Below are positions 26,160 to 38,529 of a DNA stretch of 64,000 bases, in pieces. Source of the stretch: Eledone cirrhosa. Lineage: Eukaryota. A program made the translations under genes and the position numbers. The stretch lies in assembly GCA_964016885.1 (NCBI GenBank), contig OZ024742.1:341992001-342056000 (forward strand). Direction: 5' to 3'. Position 1 is the first letter of the stretch. Each line of letters begins with the position of its first letter. The notes below the pieces were generated by a model. The model was not told where the DNA came from. It saw only the letters and a list, made by a program, of their open reading frames with translations, and searched no databases.

Positions 26160-26380
26160 TAATAAATGGTTTGAACATAACTTTGATTCCTGTGAATTCT
26201 ATATCCAAAGATGGCAGAAGAAAATGGGTGATTAAAACTTATGAAGGTCAAGAAAACTCGGGTGTTCAAGCGCCGCCACATTGAATGTTATAATCAACGA
26301 ATTATTAAATTAAACATGTTTTTACTATACACACACGTCATCTTGACGGCCACTATGTTAACATACACACACACACACAC

Positions 26381-26421
<41 letters not shown>

Positions 26422-28718
26422 GTAGCGGCGCTTGAACACCCGAGTTTTCTTGACCTTCATAAGTTTCAATCACCCATTTTTTTCTGCCATCTTTGGTCCT
26501 CTTTTTTCTTTTTCTTCTTTCCCCTCTCCTTCCCCAACGTCTCTTCTTTCGTTTCCTTATTCTTACCAGCGGCCAACCTGGAGCAGTCTGCAACTAATCC
26601 AGGCTCTGCTGCACTTCTGGCCGAGGAGGGTAAACTCTCCAAATATAGGTCGCTTTCCAACAGGTTTGTGGTTGAGCCCGTAGCAGTGTCGACAGCTAGT
26701 GTCCTTGGCCCTAGGACCACCTCCCTACACACCACCATCGGTTTGGAGTTGGCTACCCACAGGTGTGAACCTCGCTAGTTGGAATGACTCTTCCAACGCA
26801 CCTCTCTCACCATCCTCTGGGGAAAGGCCTTCTCTATTCTGTCAGCCGGGACCGCGTGGGCTCTCATTTGTATATAATAGTGAGAGATAGGGAGAGCGAG
26901 AGAGATGGAGGCAGTGAGTGAAAAAGAGAGAAAATCATCACACACATGCAAGGGAGAGATCGTTCAGCAAATTATCACTCATAAAGATTTAACTGAGAGT
27001 CATGTTGACCAACAAAAGAACATCCCCTCTCCAGACCTGAGTACAAATAAAGAGAGTGAGAGATATAAGGGAAAAATCGATCCCAGTACTAAACTGCTAC
27101 TTATTTCTCGACCTTGAATGGATGAAAGGTAAAGTTGACCTCGGTGGGATTTAAAGTGGGAGAACGGAGAGCCGACAAAACATGGTGTGGTAGGGACCCG
27201 TAACTTAAGAGAGAGACGTAGGAATGCCATATTTATATACGGAGATTTTATTATTATTTTTTGAAACCTGGCAAAGAACATCCTTTCACCAAACCTGAGC
27301 ACAGCAGATTTCTTTTTCCAGAGAAGGATACAGAGAGTGAGAGAAAGGAAATGAGGAAGAAATATAGAGTACGAATCGACCCAGCACTAAACTGGTACTT
27401 TTTATCGACCTCGAATCAAATAAATGAAAGGCAAGTTGACCTCAGAGATTTGAACTCAGAGACCAGGTAGCCGATACGAATACCACAAAGCACTCTATCC
27501 AACGTTCTAACGACTCTACTAATTCGCCGCCTTGTTACCTGTTTTAAACTTAACTATTTTACCTATTTTAAACATACCTTTAAAAAAAGAAAGCCATTGT
27601 ACACTTCACTAAATTAATACCTTTGCTCTGCTAACACTAGACATAACTAATCAAGAAAGATTTGATCTTTGCTCTTTGAACTCTGCTGCTGGTAATCGAA
27701 CTTTGTGGAGAGAGATATCTCATGTTAATGCGCAGTCTGCAACTGGCGGAGTTTAGCGTCACAAAATCAAGAAAGAAATCATTCGAACCAGAGATCTTTC
27801 AACAGGAATCTTAGTTCACTCACTATCAGAGACATTATACTGTGTCACATTTTCTCTCACAACCTCACCTAACAGCAAACTAACAGAATAATGGTAAATG
27901 AAGACAACAGACCTAAACCACCGTCCAAATGGTTCATGTATTTATATTTATATGAATTGATATGTATGTATGCAACCGGCAACCCCACCAAGTTTATTTG
28001 GTGAGGAGGATGATTTTGGACACCCTACAGGACAAAAACAAAACCTGACAAAGGGCGGGACACCCGATCGCTTGGTTAAACCACTGAGGGTGAAGGACCC
28101 CTAGCATTTGTCAGGGCATCCTTCTAGGAGAAGGCAACTCTGGAAACTGGCATAACTCCGATATAAAACCTGCGGCTCAGTAGTTACCGAAGATGTTGAC
28201 CTTTTCTTCTTTTCGGATTATAGCTACTGTGGCTCAGAGAGTGGGATTTGGCTCAGTGCACAGTCTTCCCTCACTTTAAAAAATATCTTCACGCACAGGC
28301 ATTACCGTACGGTAAGGGTAATTATAGCAGGTATAGTGAACTTTTTAAAATTTATTTTTAAACTTTTTCTTATTTGCTAAACCTTGATTATATATGTTCT
28401 GGCTCGTTAATTTATTAACCTGACATAGAACCACATTAGTATACGGTTGGATAATACATGTGTCCCTATATGCATTTTGCATGTAGGAAAACATACTTTA
28501 TTATTATTGATCTCCCCTGGTCGAGATAACATTTTGGTCGTTTTAACTGCTGCTATTTCTAGTGGCAGTACATTGACCTTTCCGCCCCTGCCTTCTATCT
28601 TTACACACGGCACTAGACAAGATTGTTTCTTCATCATACACTCTCATCCGGGAATAGTTCTGTATGGCGCCAGTTCGTGATTTGAACTCGGGAATTTGAT
28701 ATTCTCCGAGTGAGAAGA

Positions 28719-28802
28719 ACCCTCTGACGAAAGTCTTCTTCTCAATGTATTTCCGCATGGATTATCCATTTATTTTGAGACTTGAAACCGCGCGGTAAGG
28801 GT
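28719..28802 (+). ncRNA. Type I hammerhead, canonical core
   Basis: accct-CTGACGA-aagtct..agactt-GAAA-ccgcgcgg-TA-agggt. Confidence 0.85.
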
Positions 28803-28869
28803 AATTATAGCAGATATAGTGAACTTTTTAAAATTTATTTTAAAACTTGTTCTTATTTGCTAAACCTTG

Positions 28870-28910
<41 letters not shown>

Positions 28911-28942
28911 GGAAAAAATGAAACGAAATTTCATTTCCCACT

Positions 28943-28999
<57 letters not shown>

Positions 29000-29207
29000 C
29001 GTTTCTGAATTTGTTTAGCAAGATTCTTTATCTGAAAACGTGTGTTGAAACCGATATTGTTATACTTTGGGAGGGTCATGTTGCCAATAAGAAACACACG
29101 CACCAGTTGCTTTCACTTCAATTTATTATAATAAATTTATAAATTTAGGAATTTATAAATTTCCGGTTGGTTGGTTGGTTCCACAACCAGATGGTTGTTT
29201 ATATATT

Positions 29208-29250
29208 GTCAAAGTTCTTTCGTCACACATTCTGTGACCTCTTCAGTGAC
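29208..29250 (-). ncRNA. Minimal type I hammerhead
   Basis: gtca-CTGAAGA-g gtcaca gaatg tgtgac-GAAA-gaac-TT-tgac. Confidence 0.72.
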
Positions 29251-29620
29251 TGGGGATTCTTTTCTTTGTTTTTTTGTGCCTCTCCTTTGTTCTGTCCTAC
29301 GCCATCTTGTTTTTGTGTGTCTATATATAAATATATGTATATATATATACATATGTGTGTGTGTAGGTGTGTGTTTGTATGTATATATATGTGTGTGTGT
29401 GTAGTATACATTTATGTTTGAGTGAGTGTGGGAGGGGCAGGAATTTTTAATCACCTTATCTCTTGTACGTAATCGTTTATCTAAATAAATTATATTTCTT
29501 AGTTCGCTAAACACAATAGCTAATCATGTGAAAACTGTTTCATTAAGTGAATATGCATATATATATATATATATATATATACACTTCTGTATATATGTAT
29601 ATGTATGTATTTATGTATGA

Positions 29621-29734
<114 letters not shown>

Positions 29735-29786
29735 TCATACATAAATACTTACATATACATACATATATACATGAGTGCATACATAC

Positions 29787-29821
<35 letters not shown>

Positions 29822-30203
29822 CATATGTATATATGCACACACACTTATACATATATATCATATATATATTAATAAGAACGCTGTAGTTTCGTTTACATGT
29901 ATTTAGTAATTCATTGAATCACTTACATTATCATATATATATATATGTATATACATATATATATTCATGTTTGTGTGTGTGTTTGTGTGTATATATATAT
30001 ATATATATATATGTATTTTCTTTCTATTTTAGGTGTTCTAATTATAGTAAGGAAATTATCTCGCCATTGTAATTTCACTTAGAAACGAAAAATGGATTTT
30101 CATTTTCTTTTGAAAGATTATTTCTGGTCTCTAGGTGTTACTGTGTTACTGTGTGTTGTATGTGGTGGTGTGTGATTCACTAATTGATCTGGGAGACTGG
30201 TCA

Positions 30204-32515
30204 GTTGGCTGGTTGGTTGGTTGGTTGGTTGGTTGGTTGGTTGGTTGGTTGGTTGGTTGGTTGGTTGGTTGGTTGGTTGGTTGGTTGGTTGGTTGGTTGG
30301 TTGGTTGGTTGGTTGGTTGGTTGGTTGGTTGGTTGGTTGGTTGGTTGGTTGATTGGTTGGTTGGTTGGTTGGTTCGTTGGTTCGTTGGTTCGTTGGTTGG
30401 TTGGTTGGTTGGTTGGTTGGTTGGTTGGTTGGTTGGTTGGTTGGTTGGTTGGTTGGTTGGTTGGTTGGTTCGTTCGTTCGTTGGTTCGTTGGTTCGTTGG
30501 TTCGTTGGTTCGTTGGTTCGTTGGTTGGTTGGTTGGTTGGTTGGTTGGTTGGTTGGTTCGTTGGTTGGTTGGTTCGTTGGTTCGTTGGTTCGTTGGTTCG
30601 TTGGTTCGTTGGTTGGTTGGTTGGTTGGTTGGTTGGTTGGTTGGTTGGTTGGTTGGTTGGTTGGTTGGTTGGTTGGTTGGTTGGTTGGTTCGTTCGTTGG
30701 TTCGTTGGTTCGTTGGTTGGTTGGTTGGTTGGTTGGTTGGTTGGTTGGTTGGTTGGTTCGTTCGTTGGTTCGTTGGTTGGTTCGTTGGTTCGTTGGTTCG
30801 TTGGTTCGTTGGTTCGTTGGTTGGTTGGTTCGTTGGTTGGTTGGTTGGTTGGTTGGTTGGTTGGTTCGTTCGTTCTTTGGTTGGTTGGCTGGCCGGTTGG
30901 TTGGCTGGTTGGTTGGTTGGTTGGCTGGTTGGTTGGTTGGTTGGTTGGTTGGTTGGCTGGCCGGTTGGTTGGTTGGTTGGTAGGTTGGTTGGTTGGTTGG
31001 TTGGTTGGTTGGTTAGTTGGTTGGTTGGTGGGCTGGTTGGTTGGTTGGTAGGTTGGTTGGTTGGTTGGCTGGCCGGTTGGTTGGTTGGTTGGTTGGTTGG
31101 TTGGCTGGCTGGTTGGTTGGTTGGTTGGCTCGTTGGTTGGTTGGTTGGTTGGCTGGTTGGTTGGTTGGTTGGTTGGTTGGCTGGTTGGTTGGTTGGTTGG
31201 TTGGTTGGTTGGTTGGTTGGTTGGTTGGTTGGTTGGTTGGCTGGTTGTTTGGTTGGTTGGTTGGTTGGTTGGTTGGTTGACTGGTAGATTGGTTGGCTGG
31301 GTGGTTGGTTAGCTGGCTGGCCGGTTGGTTGGTTGGTTGGCTGGTTGGTTGGTTGGTTGGTTAGTTGATTGGTTGGCTGGTTGGTTGGTTAGTTGGTTGG
31401 TTGGTTTGTTGGTTGGTTGGTTGGTTGGTTGGTTGGTTGGTTGGCTGGCTGGTTGGTTGGTTGGTTGGCTCGTTGGTTGGTTGGTTGGCTGGTTGGTTGG
31501 TGTTTGGTTGGTTGGTTGGTTGGTTGGTTGGTTGGTTGGTTGGTTGGTTGGTTGGTTGGTTGGTTGGTTGGTTGGTTAGCCGGTTGTTTGATTGGTTGGT
31601 TGGTTGGTTGGTTGGTTGGTTGGTTGGTTGGTTGGTAGATTGGTTGGCTGGGTGGTTTGTTGGTTAGCTGGCTGGCCGGTTGGTTGGTTGGTTGGTTGGC
31701 TGGTTGGTTGGTTGGTTGGTTGGTTAGTTGGTTGGTTGGCTGGTTGGTTGGTTGGTTGGTTGGTTGGTTGGTTGGTTGGTTGGTTGGTTGGTTGGTTGGT
31801 TGGTTGGTTGGTTGGTTGGTTAGTTGGTTGGTTGGTTGGCTGGCTGGCTGGTCGCTTGTTTGGTTGGTTGGTTGGTTGGTTGGTTGGTTGGTTGGTTGGT
31901 TGGTTGGTTGGTTGGTTGGTTGGTTGGCTGGCTGGCCGGTTGGTTGGTTGCTTGGTTGATTGTTTGGCCGGTTGGTGGGCTCGTCGTTGGTTGTTTGGCT
32001 GACCTGTTGTTTGGCTGATTGGTTTGTTGGTTGGCTGGCTGGCCGGTTGGTCGCTTGGTTGGTTTGTTGCTTGGTTGGCTGGCTGGCTGGTTGGTTGGTT
32101 TGTTGGTTGGTTGGTTGTCTGGTTGGTGGGCTGGCTGGCTGGTTGGCTGGCCGGTTGCTTGGTTTGTTGGTTGGTTGGCTGGCCGGTTGGTTGGTTTGTT
32201 GGTTGGTTGGCTGGCTGGCTAGTTGGTCGGTTGGTTGGTTTGTTGTTTGGCTGGCTGGCCGGTTGACTAGCTGGCTGGTGGTTTGATGTTTGGCTGGCCG
32301 GTTGGTTGGCTGGCTGGTTTGTTGTTTTGTTGTTTGGTTGGCTGGCCGGTTGTTTGGCTGGCTGGTTGGTTGGTTGGTTTGTTAGTTGGCTTGCTGGCCG
32401 GTTGGTTGGCTAGTTGGCTAGTTAGCTGTTTGTTTTGCTGGTTGGCTGGCTGGTTGACTTGTTGGTTGGTTGGTTGGTTAGCTGGTTTGTTGGTTGGTAG
32501 GTTGGTTGGTTTGTT
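30204..32515. repeat. (TTGG)n tetranucleotide array, about 2.3 kb
   Basis: Direct reading; TTCG and CTGG variants. Confidence 0.97.
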
Positions 32516-34103
32516 TAAAGGCAAAGTACATCTAAGCAGAATTTGGACTCGGAGTAGTGCAGAGATCCTGAACAACTACGGCAGAACATATTGTCCAACT
32601 CTCTAATAACTGTGCTACCTATTTACACTGATAGATCCATGGGCCCTGAACTCCTCATGAAGTCGTAGGTGCGTTGTCATGATACACAATGTTCCTTGAG
32701 CGTCCTTCTCCAGAGAAAGAGGAGAGAATGTGAGAAAGAGAGAGCGAGAAAAAATAGAAAATAAGAAAGCGTTAGAGAGAGAGGTGGGGTGGCATTATCC
32801 CATTACTCAATTGTTTCAGTATTCATCTAACTCAAGAGCAAATTTGACCTCGGCAGGATTTGAACTCAAAGCGTGAAATGTGGAAATAAATACGGTGAAA
32901 CATTTAGCCCGATTCTCTAATGATTCTGCTACCAAATCACCATCATCAAATAGGTTTCCATAGCTCCATGCTCTCTGGGGCCAATAATTCTTGATGGAGA
33001 AACAGGGACCCCGTAGTGATTCACGGCGTGTGAACCTATACCACCCCACGTCTAAACACAGCTGATTTTTTCCAGAGAAGCAGAATGGGAGCGAGGGAGA
33101 TGAAGTGAGGAAAAGATGTAAAGGAAGAATCGACCCTTGTACTGGACTGGTACTTTTTTATCAACCTCAAAAAGGATGTAAACGGCAAAATTGATTTTGG
33201 TGGGACTTGAACTCAGAACACAGAAAGCTGAAAGGAATGCCGCCAAGTATTCTATCCAACGTCCTAAAAACCGTCTTCTAACAGAGTTTAATATTCTTCT
33301 TTTTCTTCGCCCACTTATTCCTGGGTGGGTCGTGGGACAGAGTCCTCAAACACTCCTTCCAGCGGGTCTTGTCAGAAGAAACCGTCTCCAAATGATCCGG
33401 CTGGATTCCCAAACGAGATCAACCAAGTTTCAGTTTAATATAGTAAAAAAAATTGAGAGTTTTTGAGGAATTTTACTTCACAGAGAATATATAATGTGCA
33501 TTTTTATTCTAAGGAGCACCTAGCATTGCTAACCAGTGATTAGGACCTGGGTGGTGTGGGTAGCATTCTCTGGTGTGTAGGGATCCAAGTGAAGGCCGCC
33601 TCGTGGTCCGAGCGAACAAAATAGAGAAAACGTTACCCTAGAGTATGGCGAGGGAGACGCGTTGGAATAGACATTCCAACTCACATTCCTCGCTCTTTCG
33701 AGTGACCAACGCTGACCCGGTTGTAGTAAGTAGGGATGTGGTCCGGAGGTCTCCACTGCTACAGGTTCGATAGAATTTGATTAATTTGTTAGCTTCAAGC
33801 TATTTTCTGTGAAGGTTATAAAGATTCCTTACTTAGACACAAGAATATGTCTAAGTAAGGAATCTTACAAGAATGTTATCGAAAGCGTGTATTAATAAAG
33901 CAAAGTTCAAGTTGATCTCAGTAGGATTTAAACTGATAAGTGTGCAGGAAATCCGTAACAAAGATTTATATTCCAAACTCTAACACAGAGGTTCTCAAAC
34001 TTTTGGGGCCCATCCCCCACCCCACGCCATCACGGCCGCGTATATCCCTCAGCGCCCCTACCCTATTCCCAGAGAGATCTGTCTACACGCAAATTGTAAA
34101 TAA

Positions 34104-34311
34104 TGGTTTCTTATATAGGCACAAGGCCAGTAATTTGGGGGGGAGGGGGAAGTCGATTAAATCGACCCCAGTGCGTGACTGGTACTTTATTTTATCGACC
34201 CCGTAAGGATGAAAGGCAAAGTTAACCTCGGCGGGATTTGAGCTCAGATCATAAAGAGCCGTAACTCTATGCTGCAAAGCATGGCGTCCGACCCTCTACC
34301 GATACTGCCAG
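34104..34311 (-). mobile_element. Nin-type SINE with 15-bp target-site duplication
   Basis: gcaaattgtaaataa at 34089-34103 and 34312-34326. Confidence 0.88.
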
Positions 34312-34326
34312 GCAAATTGTAAATAA

Positions 34327-34826
34327 CTACATATATAAAGTTGTATTCCTGTCTGTTTGTTTGTTTGTTCACGAACTCCTGCTATGGTTTTGGAGATAGA
34401 CCCCCATAATCATATATATTCTGAAACTACATTGCCCAGGGTACTTGGATAAGTATATTTCATTTTAATCAAAGGGATCCCCGGAGGCACAAACCCCTGC
34501 TGAAAATGTTTTCCCTTCAATTTATATGAAATTTAAACCAAAGGTAAATGACAAGATGTGATGCCTATTCAAAAAGTTTTAAATTGATATTTTGAAAAAA
34601 AATATTTTCAAGAAACAAAATAAGAATAAAATTTAACAATGTAATTTTGATTTGATATATTACAAAAAATATTTTCCAATTTTTCATGCATTACATTTTA
34701 TATTGAGTAATATTGAAATGCAGAGTTTTTCTCCATAAATTATATTACTGATTTAAAATCAATCATGATTTTCTTACAAAAAAAAAAAATGTGTGAAACG
34801 CAGCAAGGCGCGGGTAATTCGGCTAG
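34327..34826 (+). mobile_element. Non-autonomous Helitron
   Basis: ctacatatataaagttg start; cgcagcaaggcgcgggtaattcggCTAG|t end. Confidence 0.75.
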
Positions 34827-35259
34827 TAATAAATAAAATCGTTAATTTATATGTAATAAATAATATAATATATAATATGTATAAATAAATATTATATATT
34901 ATTTATTTTATTATATTTATATATAATATGTATCATTTGATATTTAATATACTATTATGACATCTCTACCCCCACTTAGGCCCCAGTGCCCCTTGGCCCT
35001 TTTCAATGCCTCCCGGATGTTGGTAACGCCCACTATGTGAACCTCTGCTCTTACCTGTCGATTGTTGATTCAGTCAGTCTAAATAGTTTTCACAACTAGA
35101 ATTTAATAAGTTCTTTAAGTTTCCTGCATCAGGTAATGGACTGTACGTATGTTTATAACAAGAAACACTTATTCTCCTACTACATCATCTCTTTATAGTC
35201 CACTAAAAACATTAATTGCACTGCTGCAAAATTAGAACATTTTTTTTAATTATTTTTTT

Positions 35260-35910
35260 CCACTTCTCCCTCCTCTTCTGTCTCCCCCCTCTCCCCCCTC
35301 TTCTGTGTCTTCTTCTTTCTCCTATTTTCCCTCCTCGTCTGTCTCCCCCATTCCCTTCTCTTCTATCTCCTCTTCTTTCTCCCCCTCTCCCTCCTCTTCT
35401 GTTGCTATCATCTTTCTCCTCTTCTCCCTCCTCGTCTGTCTCCCCCTTTTTCCTTCTCTTCTCCCTCCTCTTCTGTCTCCCCCTCTCCCTCCTCTTCTGT
35501 GTCTTCTTTCTCCTCTTTTCCCTCCTCGTCTGTCTCCCCCTTTCCCTTCACTTCTCCCTCCTCTTCTGTCTCCCCCTCTCCCTCCTCTTCTGTGTCTTCT
35601 TCTTTCTCCTCTTTTCCCTCCTCGTCTGTCTCCCCCTTTCCCTTCTCTTCTATCTCCTCTTCTTTCTCACCCTCTCCCTCCCTCTTCTGTCCCCCTTCTC
35701 TCTTCACTTCTGTCTCCCCTTCTTTCTCCTCTTCTGTCTCCTCTTCTGTCTCCTCTTCTGTCTCCTCTTCTTTCTCCCCTTATGACTCTCCTCTCCCTCT
35801 TCTATCCCCTCCTCTTCTATCCCCTTCTCTTCGTTCTCCTCCTCCTCTCCCTTCCTCTCCCCCTTCTCTTCGTTCTCCTCCACCTCTCCCTTCCTCTCCC
35901 CTCCTCCTCA
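35260..35910. repeat. Polypyrimidine (CT-rich) minisatellite
   Basis: Repeating ctcctcttctgtctcccc units. Confidence 0.9.
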
Positions 35911-36006
35911 CCTATAAACCATTCCTACAACAGAGAATAAATATTTACCATTCTCTTCGAATGTTTACGGACATTCTTTTAAAAAACATTTTTAATACAT
36001 TTTTGT

Positions 36007-36041
<35 letters not shown>

Positions 36042-36912
36042 GTCTCTGTGTGTATGTATGTATGTATGTGTGTATGCCTGTCTGTATGTATGTATGTCTG
36101 TCTGTGTCTCTGTCTGTCTGTGTGTGTCTGTGTGTGTCTGTCTGTCTATTTGTGTGTGTGTTTGCTTGTATGTCTGTGTGTGTTTGCATGTGTGTGTGTA
36201 TGCGTGTTTTGTGTGTCTTTGTATGTCTGCCTGTGTGTATGTGTGTATTTATGTGTCTGTGGTGTGTATGTGTGTTTGCGTGTGTATGTTTGTGCGTCTG
36301 TGTGTTTGTCTGTGTGTTTGCATGTGAGGTGTATGTGTGTGTATATGTGCGTATGTGTATGTCTGTGTATGTATGTCTGTGTATATATATATATGTGAGT
36401 GTGTGTGTAAATGTGTTAAGAAATACATTTTTTTAAATTTTGGCTTGTTATTTTTTTTTTCCGTTTTTTAAGAGAGAAAAATTAATTAAAAAATTAATAA
36501 AAACTGCTTCATTGTAATTATTTCTTTCTTTCCTTATTTCCTTCTTTCCTTTCTTTCTTTCTATATTTGGTGCTACTTCTGCTATATTAAATATGGTGGC
36601 TGTGGCTAAACCAGCTTCAATACAACCTGCCACTCTCTTTATCTTAACCCAGCCAGTCTTTTTGCTGAGGTTGCTTTTCTTGTTTTTCCTGTCACCATTT
36701 TCCCCTTTATTATTTTTTTTTCTGTTATCGGTCACCATTTTTTTTCTTTGTGTATCAGTCGCCACCGAGATCTCCAATTTCCTCAGAACCAGGACTACCG
36801 TTTTTTTCCTCTTCTAAATCAGGAGAAGGGCAACACGCCTGAGGGAAACGCCATTTTCTTTTTTTTCTTTTTGTGCCAGTCGCCATCGAGACCTTCAATA
36901 TCCTCAGTCCCT

Positions 36913-36973
<61 letters not shown>

Positions 36974-37001
36974 CGTGCGTGTGCCTGTGTTAGTATATAT
37001 A

Positions 37002-38297
37002 TAAGAGGTCCAGTCAAAGAGTAATACCTTTTTATCGTAACAACTCATTTTTTTATAGAATGAGTTGAAATATCTCAACTTGTTTTTCAGATTTGTATAA
37101 GTAACTGCGTTGATTTCAATGGCCGCCCCCTTGGAAGTCCGTCAGAAGCAAAGAGCAGTAATTGAATTCCTTGTTGCTAAAGGAAAAACTCCTGTTAACA
37201 TTCACAAGAGATTAAGAAATGTTTATAAAGGTGACGCCTTAGTCTATAAGAATGTCTGTAGAAGAGCCCATCGTCTGAATGAAGAGGAAGAGGTGGGAAC
37301 TGCAAGATTAGCAGACAGGCCTCGGGCTGGCCACACGTCAACTTCAGTCAACCCTGCCAACAAAGCAAAAGCTGACGCTTAATCAGAGTTGATAGGTGCA
37401 TAACCCTTGACGAGTTGACATTAGATCTTGGAGTAAGTCATGGTAGTGTCCACAGCATTGTTGATTCACTTGGGTTTACAAAAGTCTGTGTCCGTTGGGT
37501 ACCAAGACAATTCACAGTTGGGCATAAGACTAAAAGGGGTAATTACTGCACTGAGCTCCTTGAGTTCAGTCAAAGATACAACACGTTCTTTACAAGGCTC
37601 ATTACAGGTGATGAAACTTGGATTCATCATTATGAACCTGAGTCAAAAAGGCAATCGGTGGAATGGCGTCACCCGACGTCTCCAATAAATAAAACGTTCA
37701 AGGCACAAATGTCAGCAGAAAAAATCATGGCGACTGTCTTTTGGGATACTCAAGGAGTGATTCCTATTGATTTCTTGCCAAGAAGAGAAACAATTAACTC
37801 TGAAGCATATATTGAGACACTAGAAATACTAAAAGCAAGAATTCGACGAGTAAGACCCGACTTGGAGATGAATAAAGTTCTTCTTCAACACGACAATGCC
37901 AGACCTCACACAAGCATCAGGACAAAGGAAGAAATCACCTCATTTGGGTGGACAACTCTGCTTCACCCTCCATACTCACATTGAATGGCATCCTCAGACT
38001 ACTCCCACTTCTTCGGTCCCATGAAAGAAGCATTGAGAGGCCACCATTATGGAAATGGTGAGGAAGTGAAAACTGCTGTCAAGAATTGGCTTCATGAGCA
38101 ACCAGCAGAGTTTTATAAAGCTGGGATACAGGACCTCAATGTGGAATTTTGCTATCGAAAGAGGTGAGGACTATGTTGAGAAGTAGGAATGTGATACTCT
38201 GATGTACAGCTTCATTTTGATGTATAATACATTGTCTTTTGTTCATTATTTTTCTTGCAATAAAACGAAAGGCATTACTTTGTTATTGGTCCTCATA
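37002..38297 (+). mobile_element. Mariner (DD34D) transposon, about 1.3 kb, inactive
   Basis: Imperfect TIRs taagaggtccagtcaaagagtaatacct / aggcattactttgttattggtcctcata, flanked by TA. Confidence 0.93.
37119..38167 (+). pseudogene. Mariner transposase pseudogene
   Basis: QRAVIEFL HTH region, WVPR, ITGDETW, HDNARPH, and HPPYSH*MASSD (decayed YSPDLAPSD) with 34 positions between the 2nd and 3rd Asp; frameshift near 37380, stop at 37982-37984. Confidence 0.93.
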
Positions 38298-38446
38298 TAT
38301 ATATACCTCGTATATATATACGAGGTATAAAACGAAAGGCACTACTTTCCAATAATTGGTCCTCATATATATATACCTCGTATATGAGGACCAATAACAA
38401 AGTAATGCCTTTCGTTTTATACCTCGTATATATTATATATACCTCG

Positions 38447-38454
38447 AAAAAAAA
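38447..38454 (-). terminator. Pol III oligo-T terminator of tRNA-Trp
   Basis: T8 run 3 nt downstream of the tRNA on the minus strand. Confidence 0.8.
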
Positions 38455-38457
38455 CAT

Positions 38458-38529
38458 TGACCCTGACGTGATTCGAACACGCAGCCTTCTGATCTGGAGT
38501 CAGACGCGCTACCGTTGCGCCACAGGGCC
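38458..38529 (-). tRNA. tRNA-Trp: tRNA-Trp (anticodon CCA)
   Basis: GGCCCTGTGGCGCAACGGTAGCGCGTCTGACTCCAGATCAGAAGGCTGCGTGTTCGAATCACGTCAGGGTCA: 72 nt, full cloverleaf, A and B boxes, closely matches metazoan tRNA-Trp. Confidence 0.96.

Larger units (their letters stand above)
23838..26204. repeat. Large inverted repeat, arms about 930 bp (23838-24769 / 25272-26204), spacer about 500 bp
   Basis: Mirror ORFs in the track; roughly ten substitutions seen by eye between arms. Confidence 0.95.
33986..35047. mobile_element. hAT-type MITE hosting a SINE and a Helitron
   Basis: TIRs cagaggttctcaaa / tatgtgaacctctg; imperfect 8-bp TSD ctctaaca / ctcttacc. Confidence 0.6.

Noticed and set aside
30204-32515. 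Interstitial telomere
   Set aside because: Unit is TTGG, not TTAGGG or TTAGG.
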